This document shows, piece by piece, positions 60,919-64,000 of a stretch of 64,000 bases of DNA. The stretch's first letter is position 1. The number at the start of each line of letters is the position of its first letter. Source of the stretch: Massalongia carnosa. Its lineage: Eukaryota. Where the stretch lies: the NCBI GenBank assembly GCA_965645245.1, contig OZ287072.1, positions 2,666,001 through 2,730,000 on the forward strand, in the 5' to 3' direction. The translations under genes and the position numbers were made by a program. Below the pieces are notes generated by a model. That model made no database searches. It had not been told where the DNA came from and saw only the letters and a program-made list of their open reading frames with translations.

Positions 60919-63900
60919 ATGGCCCTCACATCCACGTCCCTGGATGCACGTTTGCAAAGGGCTATAGCGAGTTTACCGTCTTCTCATCGTCTTCCTCCGA
61001 GTGAGAGTGAAATCTTTATCTCCTGGGAGGAGTGAAAAAACCCGCCTTCAGAATTATGCCTTTACTCAAGGCTTTGCATTGGTCACAGAGACTAATGATA
61101 AGAAGAATCATCTCGTTATACTAGATTGCACTCATCACAAAAGAGAAAGAAACACTAGAAAGCTAGAGGAGAAGGACCGCGTACGAAAAAACACGAAGGT
61201 CTCGTTCAACGAGTGCAAATATCGACTAAGACTGAAGCAAAACAAAGACGAATCGTGGAGATTAATCATCACCAATCCTGATCACAATCACGAGATGGCT
61301 ACAGACCCCTTCGGTTTCAAAGAGCATCGTAGCCAAGACCTCGATCGAGCAACTGCCCTAGATCAAGCAAAAAGTCTCCGTGATGCATCAACTAGATACG
61401 GTCCAACATCTCGCGTTTTGGGAATGACTGGCCTGCGCCTTTCGAAGAAGGACTATTACAACCTGGCTCGATCCCAGGGCAAACATACACCTGAAGAAGA
61501 GTTGACCTATGCACTTGGATTTCTAGAAGAAGGGTTTCATGTACGGACTTTGGAGAAATATCTCGTTGAAAACAATACTCCCCGAAGACGTGTTGTTGAA
61601 CATTTCTTTTTCTGTAACGCTGAACAGATCCGACTGACTAGACGATTCGTCAGTGGATTTTTGATAGAAACGGATGCTACGTTCAATACAAATCAGTTGA
61701 ACTTACCTCTATCGGTGTTGGTTGGCATCACCAACACAAATCAGACTTTCTCCGCGGCCTATTGTTATATAACTTCTGAATCGGCTGAGTGCTTTATGTT
61801 TCTATTTGATTGTATGAAAGATCTCTTTTTTCATGATACATGTCCTGGTCCTAGGGTCATCCTCGGAGACTTCGCCGCTGGATTGACTGCAGCGATGCAT
61901 AAAAAACGGGCTAAGGAAATAAACCCGGATGCAGCAATGACCGTTGCATGGCAAGTCGCCCAATCAATACACGAAACCGACCCTGATTGTGTGTTGCAAT
62001 TATGCACGTGGCACGCAGCGGAGGCAATCAAGAAACGCCTGATCAGGGCGGGTTCATATCCTTTAGAAGTACGGAAAGAACTGCATGAATTGATATGGGA
62101 GTGGATCAAAACTCCTACCGTTGAACAGCTGGATGAGAAGAGAAACGCGTTGATATTGAAGCTTCATGCTTCAGAAAAGGTATGAAGCCATCAAAAAACG
62201 TTAATAAGGGCTAACTCACTCCTATTTCCAGGAGTATTTTACTAGCTATTATCAACGTCAGGAGTGTCAGTTTGTTTCCGCATACACCAGAAAGTTCGCT
62301 AATTTAGGTGCACATAGCACACAAAGGGTGGAAGGTTTGCATCCGTTGGTAAAGAATGTTGTCATGAAATGCCTCCGACCTCACCACGTGCCTCTATCAC
62401 GTGCCTTGATCTGATGACTACTCACGGACGTCGTGCCATGCCTTCGGGACCCTCATATCATTCTTCGAATTCGCCGATTACTGATCATTAATCAGCCTCG
62501 CATTGATGATTTATTCCCGTCTTTCGACTATTATCATGTCTAATAGCTTCGCATTGATGTTTGACATCTCCCGTCTCCTCGCTGACCCCATCGTGCTTAT
62601 TGCCGCTATAATGCCCCTCATTCATCATCGCACTGACTAGACATCATTCGCCGCCACCCTAGAAAGATGAATATGGGAGGACAAAGATATAAGAAAGAAG
62701 TCGAATCATGGAAGTTCTGATTCTTTGTCGAATGTCTTGAATAGCCAACCTAGCCTAGCCTAGATTCATAGCTATAGACTCAATCAATAAGCTTGACCAT
62801 CAACCCACCTTGCCTTTGCCCTTGCCCTCGACCTGATTTCGTGACAAATGTTACAAATAGGCATACACCTATTAAGGACTCGGTGCGGAAAATATGCGAA
62901 ACAGTGCAAAGGGTTCAGGTTGACTACGAAATATCAACCAATCATCAACGAATCAACAACCCCCGGCTAATGGATAGAAGTGCGTTCAAAGACCTTATAG
63001 GTTTAATAACTCATCATGCTATTGACCTCATATCTAGAGAGTTGGATGCAGCTAAAATTTTAGCCGAAGATTTCAATCAACAGGTTTCTTTTGGAGTTGA
63101 AGGGACTGCATTAATCGAACCAACCGGTGAGGATTGTATGTATGATTGTGATTTGCCTCTACGATACGGCCTTCCGTGCAGATGCTGGTTGTATCGTTGC
63201 GTCATTGATGTTATCCCCATACCTATCTCCCTCATTCATCCCCGCTGGTTTTTCGATGGCCCGCCTTTTGTGGTCTCGTGGAGCATGGTTTTCGACCCCA
63301 CCATAAATTTCGCTGAGATGTTTCGGAGAGCAGCTCACAGGAAGACCACAGAAGAGCAGGATGAGGAGGCGGATGAGGGGGGGAATGCTCAACAAAGTCA
63401 AGAATCTGAGCCGGAGGAGGAAATCGAGAAGGCAGTTGACAATAATACCGGGGATAGATTTCGTCGCGGGGGTGTTGATTTGCTGCATGCGGCCGCACAT
63501 CAATCAATTGATTTTCATAAATCAATAGAAAATGTGCATAGAAGGGAGGGATACGCTCGTGAATTCGCCAAATTCACTGCTATTTTCAATAAAAAATGGC
63601 AGGATAAGGAGCTGGCGAGGCCACTTATCCCTACAACTTTCCCCGACGAAATCCGACCGAAGGACAACCTCATGTATAAAAAGAGTGGGAGTCGCTGGCG
63701 GGCTTACACTGGCCGTGAGGCAGCTGAGGCAGATGAAGCTAAGCAGCGACGTGCTAAACGTAAGGACTCGATTGAAGAAGGGAGGAGAAGAAGGCATGAG
63801 GATGAATTGCGGGCAGGCGGTGAAGACAAGGGTATGATTGATGATTCAAAACCCACGATATCAGCAAATCGATCGATGTAGCGCGGCTAATATTCGGTAT

Positions 63901-64000
63901 AGATTCCGGAGATGCTATCATCGTATCTGACGATGATGCCCTGCAATATATAGCAACTCAGCCTACCCCCGATCCTCCACTCTCTCTGAATGAGAATGAT
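60919..64000 (+). pseudogene. MULE transposase copy M3 (diverged from M1), running off the window
   Basis: Start MALTSTSLDAR at 60919, lesion near 61033, ETDATFNTN and LCTWH motifs. Introns 62180-62231 and 63832-63902. Interrupted by a solo LTR. Confidence 0.9.
62360..62846 (+). mobile_element. Solo LTR (487 bp) in M3
   Basis: tgtcatgaaat...atttcgtgaca inverted termini, TSD AATGT (62355-62359 and 62847-62851). Confidence 0.9.

Noticed and set aside
4413..63837. Numerous antisense and alternate-frame ORFs of 60-200 aa inside TEs
   Set aside because: They are shadows of TE coding regions or LTRs with no independent motifs.

Overview
Fungal (inferred Pezizomycotina) DNA made almost entirely of nested transposable elements. 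1248-22811 is a multi-layer nest. A Tad1-like LINE is split by Copia A (TSD CTTAT). Copia A carries a chromodomain Gypsy (B), a solo LTR and an intact piggyBac. The 5' LTR of B carries Copia C and another solo LTR. 23000-26800 holds two decayed Mutator-like 3' remnants that share an unrecognised domain. The only host-like genes form a divergent pair at 28081-31483: a spliced, secreted 8-Cys hydrophobin-pattern protein and a spliced caspase-fold (HG...DCC) protein. 32047-64000 is a second nest: a truncated Copia A copy, three Mutator copies, an intact Gypsy (D), a Fot1/pogo element, Copia E and F, solo LTRs and a DIRS/Ngaro-type tyrosine recombinase fragment. Main points of interest: an inverted 9-bp TSD marking a reversed-ends Mutator inversion, many LTRs ending TA or GA instead of CA, a piggyBac with ATAT/ATAG flanks, half-tRNA priming in all Copia elements and self-priming in both Gypsy elements. 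All calls were made by eye from motifs; no searches were run.
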